A stretch of DNA of 64,000 nucleotides from an uncultured Gammaproteobacteria bacterium. GTDB taxonomy: Bacteria > Pseudomonadota > Gammaproteobacteria > Steroidobacterales > Rariloculaceae. The stretch is taken from assembly GCA_963741255.1 (NCBI GenBank), contig CAVUHM010000012.1:6957-70956 (forward strand), in the 5' to 3' direction. The position numbers and the translations under genes were made by a program. Shown here piece after piece: positions 10,232 to 20,648 of this stretch (position 1 is its first letter; the number at the start of each line of letters is the position of its first letter). The notes beneath the pieces were generated by a model. The model was not told the origin of the DNA. It saw only the letters and a list, made by a program, of their open reading frames with translations, and searched no databases.

Positions 10232-10696
10232 ATGCGCCCCATCGCGCGCGTCCTCGCTCTGGCTTTCGCGTTCGCTTGCTCCTCGCCTTCGCTGGCACAA
10301 GAGCTCAGCGCAAGCGACGTGAAAGCATTCAGCATGACGATCGACGACGCGATCTCGCGGCGCGACATCGACACGATCGTCGGCCGCATCGCGGAGCACG
10401 CCGTGATTTCCGGCACCGTGCTCGTGCTCGGGCAGACGCACACGTTCCGCGTGAACAAGGCGCAATACCGCGAGATGCTGACGCAAGCGTGGGGCGCGGC
10501 CTCGAGCTACGAGTACCACCGGACCAACGAGAAGATCTCCGTCGACGGCCGTCAAGCCACGATCACGGCGGATATCGCCGAGAACGTGGTCATCCAAGGG
10601 CAGCAAATCGCGACGAAATCTCGCGAGCGAGCGACCGTCGAGAATTTCGACGGCCGGCTGATGCTGACCCAGGTCGTGATCAATCAAATCATGTGA
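10232..10696 (+). CDS. Exported NTF2/SnoaL-like hypothetical protein
   Basis: ATG 10232 is preceded by GGAGG. There is a signal peptide (ARVLALAFAFACSSPSLAQE). Fold assignment rests on size and pattern only. Confidence 0.55.
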   Translation: MRPIARVLALAFAFACSSPSLAQELSASDVKAFSMTIDDAISRRDIDTIVGRIAEHAVISGTVLVLGQTHTFRVNKAQYREMLTQAWGAASSYEYHRTNEKISVDGRQATITADIAENVVIQGQQIATKSRERATVENFDGRLMLTQVVINQIM

Positions 10697-10876
10697 CCGG
10701 CGCGTCCGACGTCGCCACCGCTCGCCGCCCGCGCACGGCAGGCGGTCCTGATCCAACTCGCCCTGTCCGTCCCTGAGCTCGCGATCGCGGCCGGCTTCGG
10801 CTTCGCCGCGTTCTGGGGCACGACCGCGTTCTCGTGCCGGCTCGCCCCCGCGATCTGCGATAGCGCGGGCGGGCTG

Positions 10877-11494
10877 GTGTTCGTGGTCACCGGGGTCGTC
10901 GTGGGGATACTCAGCGCCGCCGGGTACTGGGTGTTGGCGTTGACGCTCGGCCTCGCGGGCCGGACCCGCGTGCGGTACACGCTGGACGCGGTGGTTGCAG
11001 CGGTCGCGGCGGTCACTTATGGCTCGCTCGCGTGGCAAGAGCACCGTGCAGCGGCCACGCACGCTGCAGCGGCCGAAACAGCCGCGCGCAACGAAGCAGC
11101 CGCTCGCGAGCGGTGGATCGCGGCGCTGCAGCAGGATCCGAACGCGCACGGGCCTCCCGGCGTCATGCCGCCGATGCTCGAGGTCTCCGACGACGGGAGC
11201 AGCGTTCGGGTCATGAACACGACATCCGAGTGGCTGACCGTTGCGTTGGCGCGCGTGCTGCAAGACAACCAAGACGCCTGGCACGCGTGCCCGTTGCTCA
11301 CGGTCGGCGAGGTTTCGGACTACTACCGGTTCTCGATCGGCCCGGGCAGCACCGCGCAATACGCGCCGGTGCCGAGCTGCGCCGCTGGATTCGAGGGCGC
11401 ACCGCTCGAGTACCGCGTCGGCCATCCCTTGCTGGATAGGATTGGGTATTGGTCCGACACGGCATTTGCAGTGCCGAACGGACGCCTGCCCTAG
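10877..11494 (+). CDS. Hypothetical membrane protein
   Basis: 205-aa ORF with a GTG start. It has one or two N-terminal hydrophobic helices and no family I can name. The frame is open back to the stop of the preceding gene, so the start is uncertain. Confidence 0.45.
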   Translation: MFVVTGVVVGILSAAGYWVLALTLGLAGRTRVRYTLDAVVAAVAAVTYGSLAWQEHRAAATHAAAAETAARNEAAARERWIAALQQDPNAHGPPGVMPPMLEVSDDGSSVRVMNTTSEWLTVALARVLQDNQDAWHACPLLTVGEVSDYYRFSIGPGSTAQYAPVPSCAAGFEGAPLEYRVGHPLLDRIGYWSDTAFAVPNGRLP

Positions 11495-11886
11495 GCGGCG
11501 GCGGGCACTCCCGCGCACACGAGCGGATCGCTCTTCGCCGGTTCGGCCGGCGGCTCGTAGAGCTCGTAGATCTCGCACGTGCCCTGACCGGCGACGGTCA
11601 AGAACTTCTTCGTGAGCTCGATGATCTCGGCCTTCGAGGCGGCCTGCGTCAGCGCGTAGCCGCCGAGGACCTCCTTGGACTCCGTGAATGGGCCGTCGGT
11701 GACCGTGGGCTTACCGCCGGCCTTTTTCTGCACGCGGAAGCCGGTGGACCCGAAGCTCACGCCCTCGGTCGCGATGAGCCACCCGGCCTTCATCCCGTCC
11801 TCGATGAGCTTGCCCATCGCGGCCATCTCGGCCTCGGTCGGGGCGCGGTTGCTGGGCTCGTGCGTGAAAATACTGATGAAGCGCAT
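11491..11886 (-). CDS. YciI family protein
   Basis: 131-aa ORF with the DGPF motif (VTDGPFTESKEVLGGYALTQAAS) typical of YciI/DGPF-domain proteins. Confidence 0.8.
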   Translation of the reverse strand: MRFISIFTHEPSNRAPTEAEMAAMGKLIEDGMKAGWLIATEGVSFGSTGFRVQKKAGGKPTVTDGPFTESKEVLGGYALTQAASKAEIIELTKKFLTVAGQGTCEIYELYEPPAEPAKSDPLVCAGVPAAA

Positions 11887-11977
11887 GGTGACCCTCCTGG
11901 GTTTCTAGTGTCGTATCGAACCATAGTCGAACGACCCTGCGCCAAATCGACAACGAACGGTTCAGGGCGAGGCAAGA

Positions 11978-12049
11978 GGTGCCGGTGTTACGGTTCGGTT
12001 CAACCGAAGTGCCGGTGCTTCGGCTGAACCGAACCGTAACACCGGCACC
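11978..12049. repeat. REP-like nested palindrome, copy b (long form)
   Basis: The sequence is GGTGCCGGTGTTACGGTTCGGTTCAACCGAAGTGCCGGTGCTTCGGCTGAACCGAACCGTAACACCGGCACC. It has 24-bp outer arms plus an inner CCGAAG/CTTCGG stem, and lies in a divergent intergenic region. Confidence 0.85.
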
Positions 12050-12099
12050 GCTGGACGCTCGTCGGGCGCAAGGCAGCTGCGACGCAAAGGACCGCACCG

Positions 12100-12846
12100 A
12101 TGAGCACCACCCCCGCGAGCGAGACCAGTCCCCGCAAGCGTGTCGCAGTCACGGGCGCGGCCAGCGGCATCGGCGCGGCGACCGCGCACCTGCTTCAATC
12201 CCAGGGTTGGCACGTGGCGTGCCTCGATCGCAACCTCGCAGGCGCCGAGGCCGCGGCCGGCGCAACCGGCGTGGCGATTCAGCTCGACGTGGCCGACGAA
12301 GCGTCGGTCGTCCGCGCGTTCGCGCAGGCCGCCGAAGCCTTGGAAGGCCTCGATGCGCTCGTGACGGCCGCCGGCATCATCAACACGTCGGCGTTCTTCG
12401 ACACGACGGTCGCCGAGTTTCGCCAGCTGTTCGAGATCAACGTGATCGGCTCATTCTTGAGCGTGCGCGAGAGCGCGAAGTACATGCAGCGCGGCGGACG
12501 GATCTGCATGGTCGCGAGCATCTCGAGCTATACGGGCGGCGGCTACGTCGCGCGCGGCGCTTACGCGACGAGCAAAGGCGCCGTGCTGACGATGATGAAG
12601 AGCTGCGCACGCGAGCTCGCACCGCGCGGCATCGCCGTGAACGCGGTCGCGCCGGGGTTCATCGACACACCGTTCGTCGCGTCCGCGATGAGCGATCCGA
12701 AGCGCCGCCAAGAAGTCGTGTCGGCCGTCGGCAAGGTCGGCACGGCGGAGCAGATCGCGGAATGCTGTGCGTGGCTGATCTCGCCGGCCGCGGAGTTCGT
12801 GCACGGCGAAACGCTGATCGCCGACGGCGGGATCTTGATGCGCTAG
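12100..12846 (+). CDS. SDR family oxidoreductase
   Basis: 248-aa ORF with the cofactor motif TGAASGIG and the YxxxK region (YATSKGAV). Confidence 0.9.
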   Translation: MSTTPASETSPRKRVAVTGAASGIGAATAHLLQSQGWHVACLDRNLAGAEAAAGATGVAIQLDVADEASVVRAFAQAAEALEGLDALVTAAGIINTSAFFDTTVAEFRQLFEINVIGSFLSVRESAKYMQRGGRICMVASISSYTGGGYVARGAYATSKGAVLTMMKSCARELAPRGIAVNAVAPGFIDTPFVASAMSDPKRRQEVVSAVGKVGTAEQIAECCAWLISPAAEFVHGETLIADGGILMR

Positions 12847-12997
12847 GCGTCCACGGTCACGACAGGCCTTCGCCACCATCGCGCGTGACCTAATTCCGGC
12901 GGATCGGACAAGTTTCCTGGCGGGTCGGTCATGTGCGGCGCGAGCTCGCTTCGCTAAAGTTCGCCTCCTTCACACGATCGCCTACTGGAGAAATGCG

Positions 12998-14320
12998 ATG
13001 AAGGACTCGGTCGGATATGAAGTCAGCGGGGCGAGCGCGCAAAGCCTGGACGCCCTGGAACAGGGCCTGCACGAGCTGCGTTGTTACATCGGCGACCCGG
13101 TCGCCTCGGTCGAGCGCGCGTTGGCGGCGAGCCCGGAGCTGGCGATGGGGCACGTCCTGAAGGCGTACCTGCACCTGTTGGGAACGGAACCGGTAGCGCT
13201 GCCCGTTGCGCGCGCCGCGCATCGGGCGGCACAGGCGGTTGCCGCCAATGACCGCGAGCGCCGTCACCTCGAGGCGATCCGGCTCCTGACCGAGGGACAC
13301 TGGCGCGCGGCTGGTCGGGCGCTCGAGGACTTGAGCGTGGAGTATCCGCGCGATGCTCTCGCGCTGCAGGTCGGCCATCAGATCGACTTCTTCACTGGCG
13401 ACTCGCGCATGCTGCGCGACCGCATCGCGCGCGCGTTGCCGTCATGGGGGCGGGATGTCACTGGGTATCACGCGGTGCTCGGCATGTATGCGTTCGGCCT
13501 CGAGGAGACGGGCGACTACGCCCGCGCCGAAGCCGCGGGCCGGCTGAGCGTCGAGCTCGAGCCACGCGACGGTTGGGGCCAGCATGCCGTCGCGCATGTG
13601 ATGGAAATGCAGGACCGCCGCCGCGAGGGCATCTCTTGGATGCGCGACAATGTCGATGGGTGGTCACCCGGAAGCTTTTTTTCCGTGCACAACTGGTGGC
13701 ACGTTGCGCTGTTCCACCTCGGGCTCGGCGAGATCGACGAAGTCTTGTCGCTCTACGACGGCCCCCTCAACGGCCAGCGCTCGACCGTCATCCTCGAGAT
13801 GGTCGATGCCTCGGCGTTACTGTGGCGCCTGCACCTGCGTGGCATCGACGTGGGCAACCGCTGGGATGCGCTGGCTGACCGGTGGGCTCCGGTTGCGACC
13901 GCAGGCAACTACGCGTTCAACGACGTGCACGCCGTGATGGCATTCGTGGGTGCCGGCCGAACCCGCGCTGCCGAAGCGGTGCTGGAGGCCCAGCGCGCCG
14001 CCATGGAGGGCGCGGGCGACAACGTGGAGTTCACGCACGAGGTCGGCTATTCCGCCGCGCGGGCGATCAAGGCTTTCGGCGACGGGGATTACGCCCGTTC
14101 CGTCGAATTGCTGCGGCCGATCCGCAGCTACTCCCACCGCTACGGCGGCAGCCACGCGCAGCGCGATCTGATCGATCTCACGCTGATCGAGGCCGCGGCA
14201 CGCGCTGGCCAGGAGCGTTTCGCGGAGGCGCTGCGCGCCGAGCGCGCGGACCGCAGGCACGAAGTCCCAGCGACCCAGCCGATACGAGCGAACACGGTCA
14301 ATCTCGCGACAGCCGCCTGA
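12998..14320 (+). CDS. Tetratricopeptide repeat protein 38 (TTC38) family protein
   Basis: 440-aa intact ORF with characteristic TTC38 blocks (GHWRAAGRALEDLSVEYPRDALALQ, DGWGQHAVAHVMEMQ, HNWWHVALFHL). Confidence 0.8.
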   Translation: MKDSVGYEVSGASAQSLDALEQGLHELRCYIGDPVASVERALAASPELAMGHVLKAYLHLLGTEPVALPVARAAHRAAQAVAANDRERRHLEAIRLLTEGHWRAAGRALEDLSVEYPRDALALQVGHQIDFFTGDSRMLRDRIARALPSWGRDVTGYHAVLGMYAFGLEETGDYARAEAAGRLSVELEPRDGWGQHAVAHVMEMQDRRREGISWMRDNVDGWSPGSFFSVHNWWHVALFHLGLGEIDEVLSLYDGPLNGQRSTVILEMVDASALLWRLHLRGIDVGNRWDALADRWAPVATAGNYAFNDVHAVMAFVGAGRTRAAEAVLEAQRAAMEGAGDNVEFTHEVGYSAARAIKAFGDGDYARSVELLRPIRSYSHRYGGSHAQRDLIDLTLIEAAARAGQERFAEALRAERADRRHEVPATQPIRANTVNLATAA

Positions 14321-14379
14321 GGGAGCTACACCGGCAGCGGCTGTCGCGCGCGCCTACGCGACGAACAAGGACGCCGCCC

Positions 14380-16651
14380 CTAGAATCTGAATGTGTAGCT
14401 GAATTTCAGCGACACGTCGGCGAAGGTCGGTTCGAAGTGGTTGTCCTTGTCCGCGTCGCTCAAGCCTTTGTTCAACACGAGGAAGGCTTGCCGCCCGGCC
14501 CTGGGGATCCAGTGCAGCCGGCTGTTGAACCCCGCAAATTCCGAGACGTTGTCGTATTGGATCAGGTTGCTCCAGGAAAGCGTCGACGAAAAAGCATACT
14601 GAACATTCAATCCGTACAAGCGCAAAGTGAAGCTGCCGTCCGGCAGCTCGATGCGATTCGACAAGCTCGTCAACGTGAACGCGAAGTGCTCGTTCGGGCG
14701 CCAGGTTAGATTGCCGTTGGCCTGGAAGTGCTCTCCGTCGTAGTAATCGCCGCTCCAGAAATTGAGCCCACCGGAAATCCGGCGTTGCCCACCCCAACTC
14801 ATTCCGACGAAACCTTCGCTCCAGGAATAGGCGCCGGCAGGAATCGTGATCGTCCTTGAACCGTCGGATGCCCTGTAGATCGTGAACGGCTCTGTCAGAA
14901 CCTCCTTGTAGTTGACGTAGCGTGTCCAGTACGAGTCGTTGGTATTCGTGAAGGACGTCAGGCGCAGGCCCACGTTTTGATTGTTGAGGGTCCCGTCACC
15001 TAGGTTCTCGGCCCTGTAACCTTCGAGAATCAGCGCAGCGGAGCGAAAGAAGTCGTCGGGTGCCATGAAGTGGCGGTACCCGACGTTCATGTGATGGTCT
15101 TCTATGTCATTGACGTTGACATAGCCCAAGGCCGGAAAAAAGTTCTCCTCCACGCGCTTGTACTGGTATAGGGCCTGCCACCGCTGGGAGTTGGGCAGAA
15201 AGAAGTTGACGCCGTAGGACGCGTTTTGCTCGTCGGCGAGGCCCTCGGTCTCCGTTTCTTCGTAGTACCCGGAGAGCTCGACGGTGTTGCCGTGAAAGGC
15301 CGTGTTGCGATAACGGATGTCGGCACCGACCAGGCTGTTGTCGAGATCGCCCTGCGGGTTGCCGTCGGTCACGATGGCGCCGACCTGCGTGCGCGAGCCG
15401 ACATTCCGTACCGTTCGGCCCACGAAGACATCCTGGGCGTCGAGGTTGTCAGTTTCGCCCTGTCGGATCGCCAGCGTGCCCAGATTCCAGTTCCCGACCC
15501 TGCCGCTAACCTTGGCGCCACCGTCGAGGTCGATGGTCTCACCGTCTGCGGCCAGGCCGATGCTGCGTGAAAAAAACGGCCGCGCATTCTGCCGGGCGGG
15601 GGTCGTGATTGCCGCCGATCCGGTGCCGGACTGGTTGTTGAACCCGCCCGAACCGATTTGTCCGAACTCGAAGATGTCGACGTCGCGCAGGAAGAAGTCG
15701 CGTTTCTCAGGAAAGAACAGATTGAACCGGGTCAAGTTGACCTGACGGTCATCGACTTCGGTGGCCGAGAAGTCCGTGTTCAAGGTCAACGACGCATTGA
15801 GCTGCGGCGTGATCTTGTAGAACACATCGAGCTGCGGGTCGTTGTCATTCTCGGTGAGAGCCGTCAGGACCGTACGTGCGATTGCGACGCAGCGTCATCG
15901 ACGGTACGACGTCGAGCCCGAGACCCTGGCGAAGCCCCTCGAAGCCGGTACCGGTGCCGGCGGTGCTGGGGTTGAGCTCCCGATTGTTGGACGTCCAGGC
16001 GATGTTCTCGTTGTTGATGCGCCGGATGCGGTTGAAGTTGACTCCCCAGGATGCGGAATCGGGATTGAACGACAAGGTTTGGAAGGGAATACGGATCTCC
16101 GCTACCCAACCGTCTGCGTTCTTCTGGGCCTTGGCTTCCCAGATGCCGTCCCAGTTGCTCTCGACTTCGATGATGTTCTGAAACAACCCCTCCCAGCGCA
16201 CACCGTTCGGATTGACTTCGAATCGGTAGCCGTTGCGGCGATCCAGATACGGATCGAGGATCACGGCGAACACGTCGTCGGCGTCGAGCGATTGCCCTTG
16301 TCGTAAGACTCTGCCGGTTATTTGTTCGGCGTCGGCCTCGACCATCCGAGCCCCTACGTACAGCGCATCCTGTGTGTAGAAGACGCTCACGCGGGTTGGC
16401 TGGGTTGGGGTTGCGTATTCCTCAGGGAATACCTGGTGAAGGTCCTCGATGAGGGCCGCCTGTGACCACAGAGCTTCGTCCAGCACGCCGTCGATGGTGG
16501 GTCGATCCGCCAACTGTGGGATCTGCACCGACTTCACGACCCTGGCCTCGCCGGGCGGCTGGGCAACAGCGGTACACGACAACAGCCACAGGCCTGCGAA
16601 TGCGATGAAGGTGAAACTCTCGACGTACCGGTTTTCGAGCCCTGCGGACAC
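14380..16651 (-). pseudogene. CBM9-like/DUF5916 domain outer-membrane protein (one frameshift near 15830-15850)
   Basis: The N-terminal part comes from the tail of ORF 15845..17245 (signal peptide, PTIDGVLDEALWSQAA..., NWDGIWEAKA). The C-terminal beta-barrel part is ORF 14380..15825, ending ...SLKFSYTFRF. The start (GTG at 16649-16651) is tentative. Confidence 0.7.
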
Positions 16652-16722
16652 ACCGCACCCGAGATTTGGAGGTGCGGGGAGTCTACATGCGAACTCGTCT
16701 TCGCCGCGGGATCTTGATAGCG

Positions 16723-17471
16723 CTAGGCGTCGACCGTCACGACGGCTTTCGCCGTGACGCCGCCGCGCGGTCGTACTTCTCGACCTCGCAGAACAATCCG
16801 TCGATGCGGCCGTCGTTGTCGCGGTCGAGGAACGTATCGTTGTTGTTGAACGACGTGCGCTTGCGCGACGTGCTCGCGATACGGATCCCAGTTGTTGAAG
16901 ATCTCGGCGTTGACCTCGTCGTCGAAGAAGATCTGGCGTCGCGATCACTTCCTTCGCAGTCGACGAACACCTTGAAGTGCAGGTGCGGCGTGCGGCCGCC
17001 GTACCAGCTCGGGTACACGGTCTTGAAGCGGACCCAGCCGTCCCTGTCGGTGAGCTGCGTGCCGCGCAGGAACGTGGCGCCGGCGGTGCGCCGCGGCGTC
17101 GACGCCGCCGACGCCGGGCTGGTCGCGATAGCCCGAGTAGAGGCCGAGCGCGTCGGCCTGCCAGAGATCGAAGCGCACGCCGGCGCAGCGGCGCGCAGTC
17201 GCGCACGCGCGTGATCTGCACGGCGACGTCGAGCGGCGCGCCCATGCCGCCCGCTCGTGACGTCGGAGCGCACGAGGCTGGGATCGAAATAGAACGGGCC
17301 TTCGCCGGAGTCCGGCGTGACGACGCAGCTTAAGGCCTGCGCAAACGCATCGGGCAGCACGAGTGCCGCGGCGGATGCGGTCCCCGCTGCGAGCAAGCGG
17401 CGCCGACCGACGTCGATGTCGAGCCGCGGCGCGCGCCGCGGCATCGAGAAAACGAAACGCTTCGATGTCAT
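16723..17471 (-). pseudogene. TAT-signal intradiol ring-cleavage dioxygenase-like protein (several frame changes)
   Basis: The TAT signal is MTSKRFVFSMPRRAPRLDIDVGRRRLLAAGTASAAALVL. Fragments lie in three frames: GEGPFYFD, RFDLWQADALGLYSGY, and TDRDGWVRFKTVYPSWYGGRTPHLHFKV. ATG 17471 overlaps the upstream stop in an ATGA junction. Confidence 0.7.
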
Positions 17472-19651
17472 GCGTCGCCTCCTCCGCCGACGCCGCGCGC
17501 AGCGGACGCGCGCAGCGGCGCCACTTCGACCAAGCAATCGTAAAAGCTCGGCGCTCGCCCGATGTCGGTCAGGCGCTGGTGCGTGAGCTCGTTCGCGTTC
17601 TTGCCGTCGCGCGCGAGCTTCTTCCACCAGACCGAGAGCGCCACGACGACGCCGGGCCGCGCGCGGTCCGTCACGCACACGGCGAGCTCGAGGCTGCCGC
17701 GGTCGTTGAACACGCGCACGCGGCCGCCGTCCGCGATGCCGCGTGGGGCCGCATCCGTCGGATGGATCTCGAGCGTCGGCTCGCCTTCGACCGGGCGCAG
17801 GCTCGCGACGTTCACGAACGTGCTGTTCAAGAAATTCCGCGCCGGCGGCGAAATCATCGCGAGCGGATACCGCTGCGCCAGCGTGGAGCCGTCGAGCGGG
17901 CTCTCGTAGGGCGGGATGAAATCCGGCAATGGATTCAGGCCCATGCCTTTCAGCGTCTCGCTGTAGAGCTCGCACTTGCCGGACGGCGTCGGGAAACCGC
18001 CGTTCGCGAACGGCGCGTACGGCGTCGGCAAGTCGAGCCGCTGCCAGCCTTTTGTCTTCAGGCTCGACCATTCGACGGCAGCCGTCGTGCCACTTTTCTT
18101 GAACGCGACGGCCGCGATGTCGTCGTCGCTGTCGCGAAAGCAGTCTTCCGTGAAGCCCATCCGCGCCGCGAGGCGCCGGAAAATCTCGGTGTTCGGCAGC
18201 GCGTCGCCCTGCGGCGCGATCGACGGGTTGTTCGCGAGCACGTACAGGTGCCCGTAGGTCGAGTGCACGTCGACGTGCTCGAGCTGCGTCGTCGCGGGCA
18301 GCACGTAGTCGGCATAGTCGGCCGTGTCGGTCTGAAATTGCTCGAGCACGACCGTGAACAGATCCTCGCGCGCGAAGCCCGCCGCGACGCTCCTCGAGTC
18401 CGGCGCAACGGCCACGGGGTTGCTGTTGTAGACGATCAGCGCCTCGATCGGCGGATCGGCCTCGTGCAGGTCGCGACCGATCGTGCTCATGTTGATCGTG
18501 CGCGGATCGCGGCCCGCGAGCAGGTCCGGCCGCTGCAGCGCATCGTTGTCCTTGTTGAACATGCCGCTCGTCGAGAGCAGCACGCCGCCGGCATGGCTGC
18601 GCCAGTGGCCCGCGAGCGCTGGCAGGCAGTTGATCGCGCGAACCGCATTGCCGCCGCCGTGCGCGCGCTGCATGCCGTAGTTCAGGCGAATCGCGGCCGG
18701 GCGTATATGCCAATAGTCGTGCGCGAGGCGTTCGATCTCACCCGCGTCGAGGCCCGTCAGCGCGGCCGCGCGCTCCGGCGAGTATTTTTCCGTCGCGAGC
18801 GCGGCGAGCCCGTCGAACCCGACCGTGTATTTCTCGATGTAGTCGCGATCGAGCCACCCCTCGCGGATCAACACGTGCATGAGGCCGAGCGCGAGCGCGC
18901 CGTCCGTGCCGGGCAAGAGCGCGATGTGCTCGTGGCATTTCTCGGCCGTGAGCGAGCGGTACGGATCGATCGCGATCAGCTTCGCGCCGTTGCGCTTCGC
19001 AGCTTGAGCGAACGTCCACAGATGCAGGTTCGAGGCGATCGCGTTCGTGCCCCAGAACACGATCAGCTTCGAATCGGCGAACGCCTCCATCGCGGGACCG
19101 GTGCGAGTGCCGATCGTGTAGTTCGTGGCTTCGGCGCCCGCTTGCGCGCAGATCGTACGATCGAGCCGGCTCGCGCCGAGCTTGTGAAAGAATCGGCCCG
19201 CCATCGACTCGCCCTGCACGAGACCCATCGTGCCCGCGTACGAGTACGGTACGATGCGCTGCGGGTCCTTCGCGGCTACGCCCTCGAGGCGCCGCGCGAT
19301 GTCGTCGAGCGCTTCGTCCCACCCGACTTGCTCGAACTGTCCCTTGCCCTTCCGTCCGACGCGCTTGAGCGGATGCCGCAGGCGATCTTTGTGGTACACG
19401 CGCTCGAGATAGCGCGCGACTTTCGTGCACAGCGCGCCGTGCGTGGTCGGATGGTCGGGGTCGCCGGCAATCTTCGTCGCGACGCGCTTGCCCGCGCGCT
19501 CCTCGACCGTCACGAGCATCGCGCAGGTGTCGGGGCAGTCGTGCGGGCACGCGCCGCGGACCGTGGTCGTGCGACCGGGCACGGTGCTCGTCGCGGGCGC
19601 CGATGCAGTGCTCGGCGACCTGCCGGTATCGCTATCGAGGTCCTCTGCCAT
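17468..19651 (-). CDS. Molybdopterin (bis-MGD) oxidoreductase, cytoplasmic type with N-terminal 4Fe-4S motif
   Basis: ORF 17468..19729, with ATG 19651 preceded by AGGAA. It has the Cys cluster CPHDCPDTC....C and blocks typical of the DMSO-reductase superfamily. No TAT signal is present. Confidence 0.85.
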   Translation of the reverse strand: MAEDLDSDTGRSPSTASAPATSTVPGRTTTVRGACPHDCPDTCAMLVTVEERAGKRVATKIAGDPDHPTTHGALCTKVARYLERVYHKDRLRHPLKRVGRKGKGQFEQVGWDEALDDIARRLEGVAAKDPQRIVPYSYAGTMGLVQGESMAGRFFHKLGASRLDRTICAQAGAEATNYTIGTRTGPAMEAFADSKLIVFWGTNAIASNLHLWTFAQAAKRNGAKLIAIDPYRSLTAEKCHEHIALLPGTDGALALGLMHVLIREGWLDRDYIEKYTVGFDGLAALATEKYSPERAAALTGLDAGEIERLAHDYWHIRPAAIRLNYGMQRAHGGGNAVRAINCLPALAGHWRSHAGGVLLSTSGMFNKDNDALQRPDLLAGRDPRTINMSTIGRDLHEADPPIEALIVYNSNPVAVAPDSRSVAAGFAREDLFTVVLEQFQTDTADYADYVLPATTQLEHVDVHSTYGHLYVLANNPSIAPQGDALPNTEIFRRLAARMGFTEDCFRDSDDDIAAVAFKKSGTTAAVEWSSLKTKGWQRLDLPTPYAPFANGGFPTPSGKCELYSETLKGMGLNPLPDFIPPYESPLDGSTLAQRYPLAMISPPARNFLNSTFVNVASLRPVEGEPTLEIHPTDAAPRGIADGGRVRVFNDRGSLELAVCVTDRARPGVVVALSVWWKKLARDGKNANELTHQRLTDIGRAPSFYDCLVEVAPLRASAARGVGGGGDA

Positions 19652-19763
19652 GGCGTTCCTAAGACGCGGAGGGGCAGCGTAAGCCCGCGCTGCGGGCCGG
19701 ACAAGGGCGCCGGCCGGCTTGGCTGGCACGGGATTGAACAGTATTCTCGAACTAGATCAAGAC

Positions 19764-20646
19764 ATGCCTCAGAAACCCCAGAAACCAGTTCCGAAGTCCG
19801 TCGCCCCCGATGCGCTGCGCGTGGACCCCGGCGATGCGCGTCTTTACGCGCGCCGCCAACAGGAGGCGAAGCGCGTCGGGCCGTTCGCGAAGTTCTTGCG
19901 CTACGCCGCGATCCTGCTGGTGGTCGCAGGTGTTTTCGCCGCGGTTTGGAATTACGAGACGTTGATGCAGATCCGGCTCGATTTCTCGGAGCTGACGGGC
20001 TTGTTCAAGGGCGCGCCGGCCGCGCCGGGCAGCCCCGCTGCCGACGGCGAGCTCGAAACCGAGGTCGTCGAGGGGGCCGGCGTCGCCGGCGTCGGGCTGC
20101 CTTCGAGTATCGACGGCGAACCGAACGAGCCCGAGACCGCGGCCGCAGCGCCAACCACAGTCGAATCGGCCGCAACCGGATCCGCTGCAGCGTGAGACGG
20201 TCGCCGCGGCAACGCCGCCGCCCGCGCCCTCGGGCGAGACGCCGGAGCGCGCAGCGCCTGAACCGCCGCCGCCCCCGGTCGAAGAGCCGCCGGCCGGACC
20301 CGAGCTCTTCGGCTTCGGCCTGCTGACTCGAATGAACGTCTCCGAGGCCGACGCGAGCGCGGCCGTGCTCGTCGTGCGCGAAGGCGGCCGGCGCGGCGTA
20401 TCGGCTATCACTTGGTGGACGACCGACGACACCGCGAGAGCCGGCAGTGACTACGTCAGCTTCGACCGGCGCGTGGAGCGCTTCGCGGTCGGCGAGCAGA
20501 ACCGCACGCTGCGCGTCCCGATCGTCGGCGACCGCAACGTCGAAGGGCCGGAGACGTTCTACGTGCACATCGCGCCCGGCGACGACACGAGCTCCGGCCG
20601 CGAGTCGGTCGCGCGGATCGAGGTCGTGATCAACGACGACGACTGA
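19764..20646 (+). pseudogene. Membrane-anchored Calx-beta domain protein (frameshift near 20150-20195)
   Basis: ATG 19764 gives a TM helix (FLRYAAILLVVAGVFAAVW) and a Pro/Ala linker. The frame of ORF 20332..20646 is open upstream through PPPPPVEEPPAGPELFGFG. That ORF carries a Calx-beta pattern (VSAITWWTTDDTARAGSDYV...RTLRVPIVGDRNVEGPETFYVHI). Confidence 0.65.
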
Positions 20647-20648
20647 TT

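Noticed and set aside
19652-19763. Moco riboswitch in the leader of the molybdopterin oxidoreductase gene
   Set aside because: The leader is only ~110 nt and is shared with a divergent gene. I could not match the conserved Moco-motif stems or loops by eye. An Infernal scan would be needed to revisit this.
17363-20326. Very long plus-strand ORF (987 aa), with similar giants at 53025..55076, 3803..5131, 10142..11578, 25958..27103 and 43980..45365
   Set aside because: Their translations are Arg/Ala/Pro/Gly-rich low-complexity sequence with no domain pattern. They lie opposite to, or out of frame with, clearly conserved genes, as expected for shadow ORFs in high-GC DNA.
20332-20646. A stand-alone 104-aa Calx-beta protein starting at ATG 20332
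   Set aside because: The reading frame is open for a further ~170 nt upstream, and the domain pattern begins before the ATG. A frameshifted single gene (19764..20646) explains the data better.
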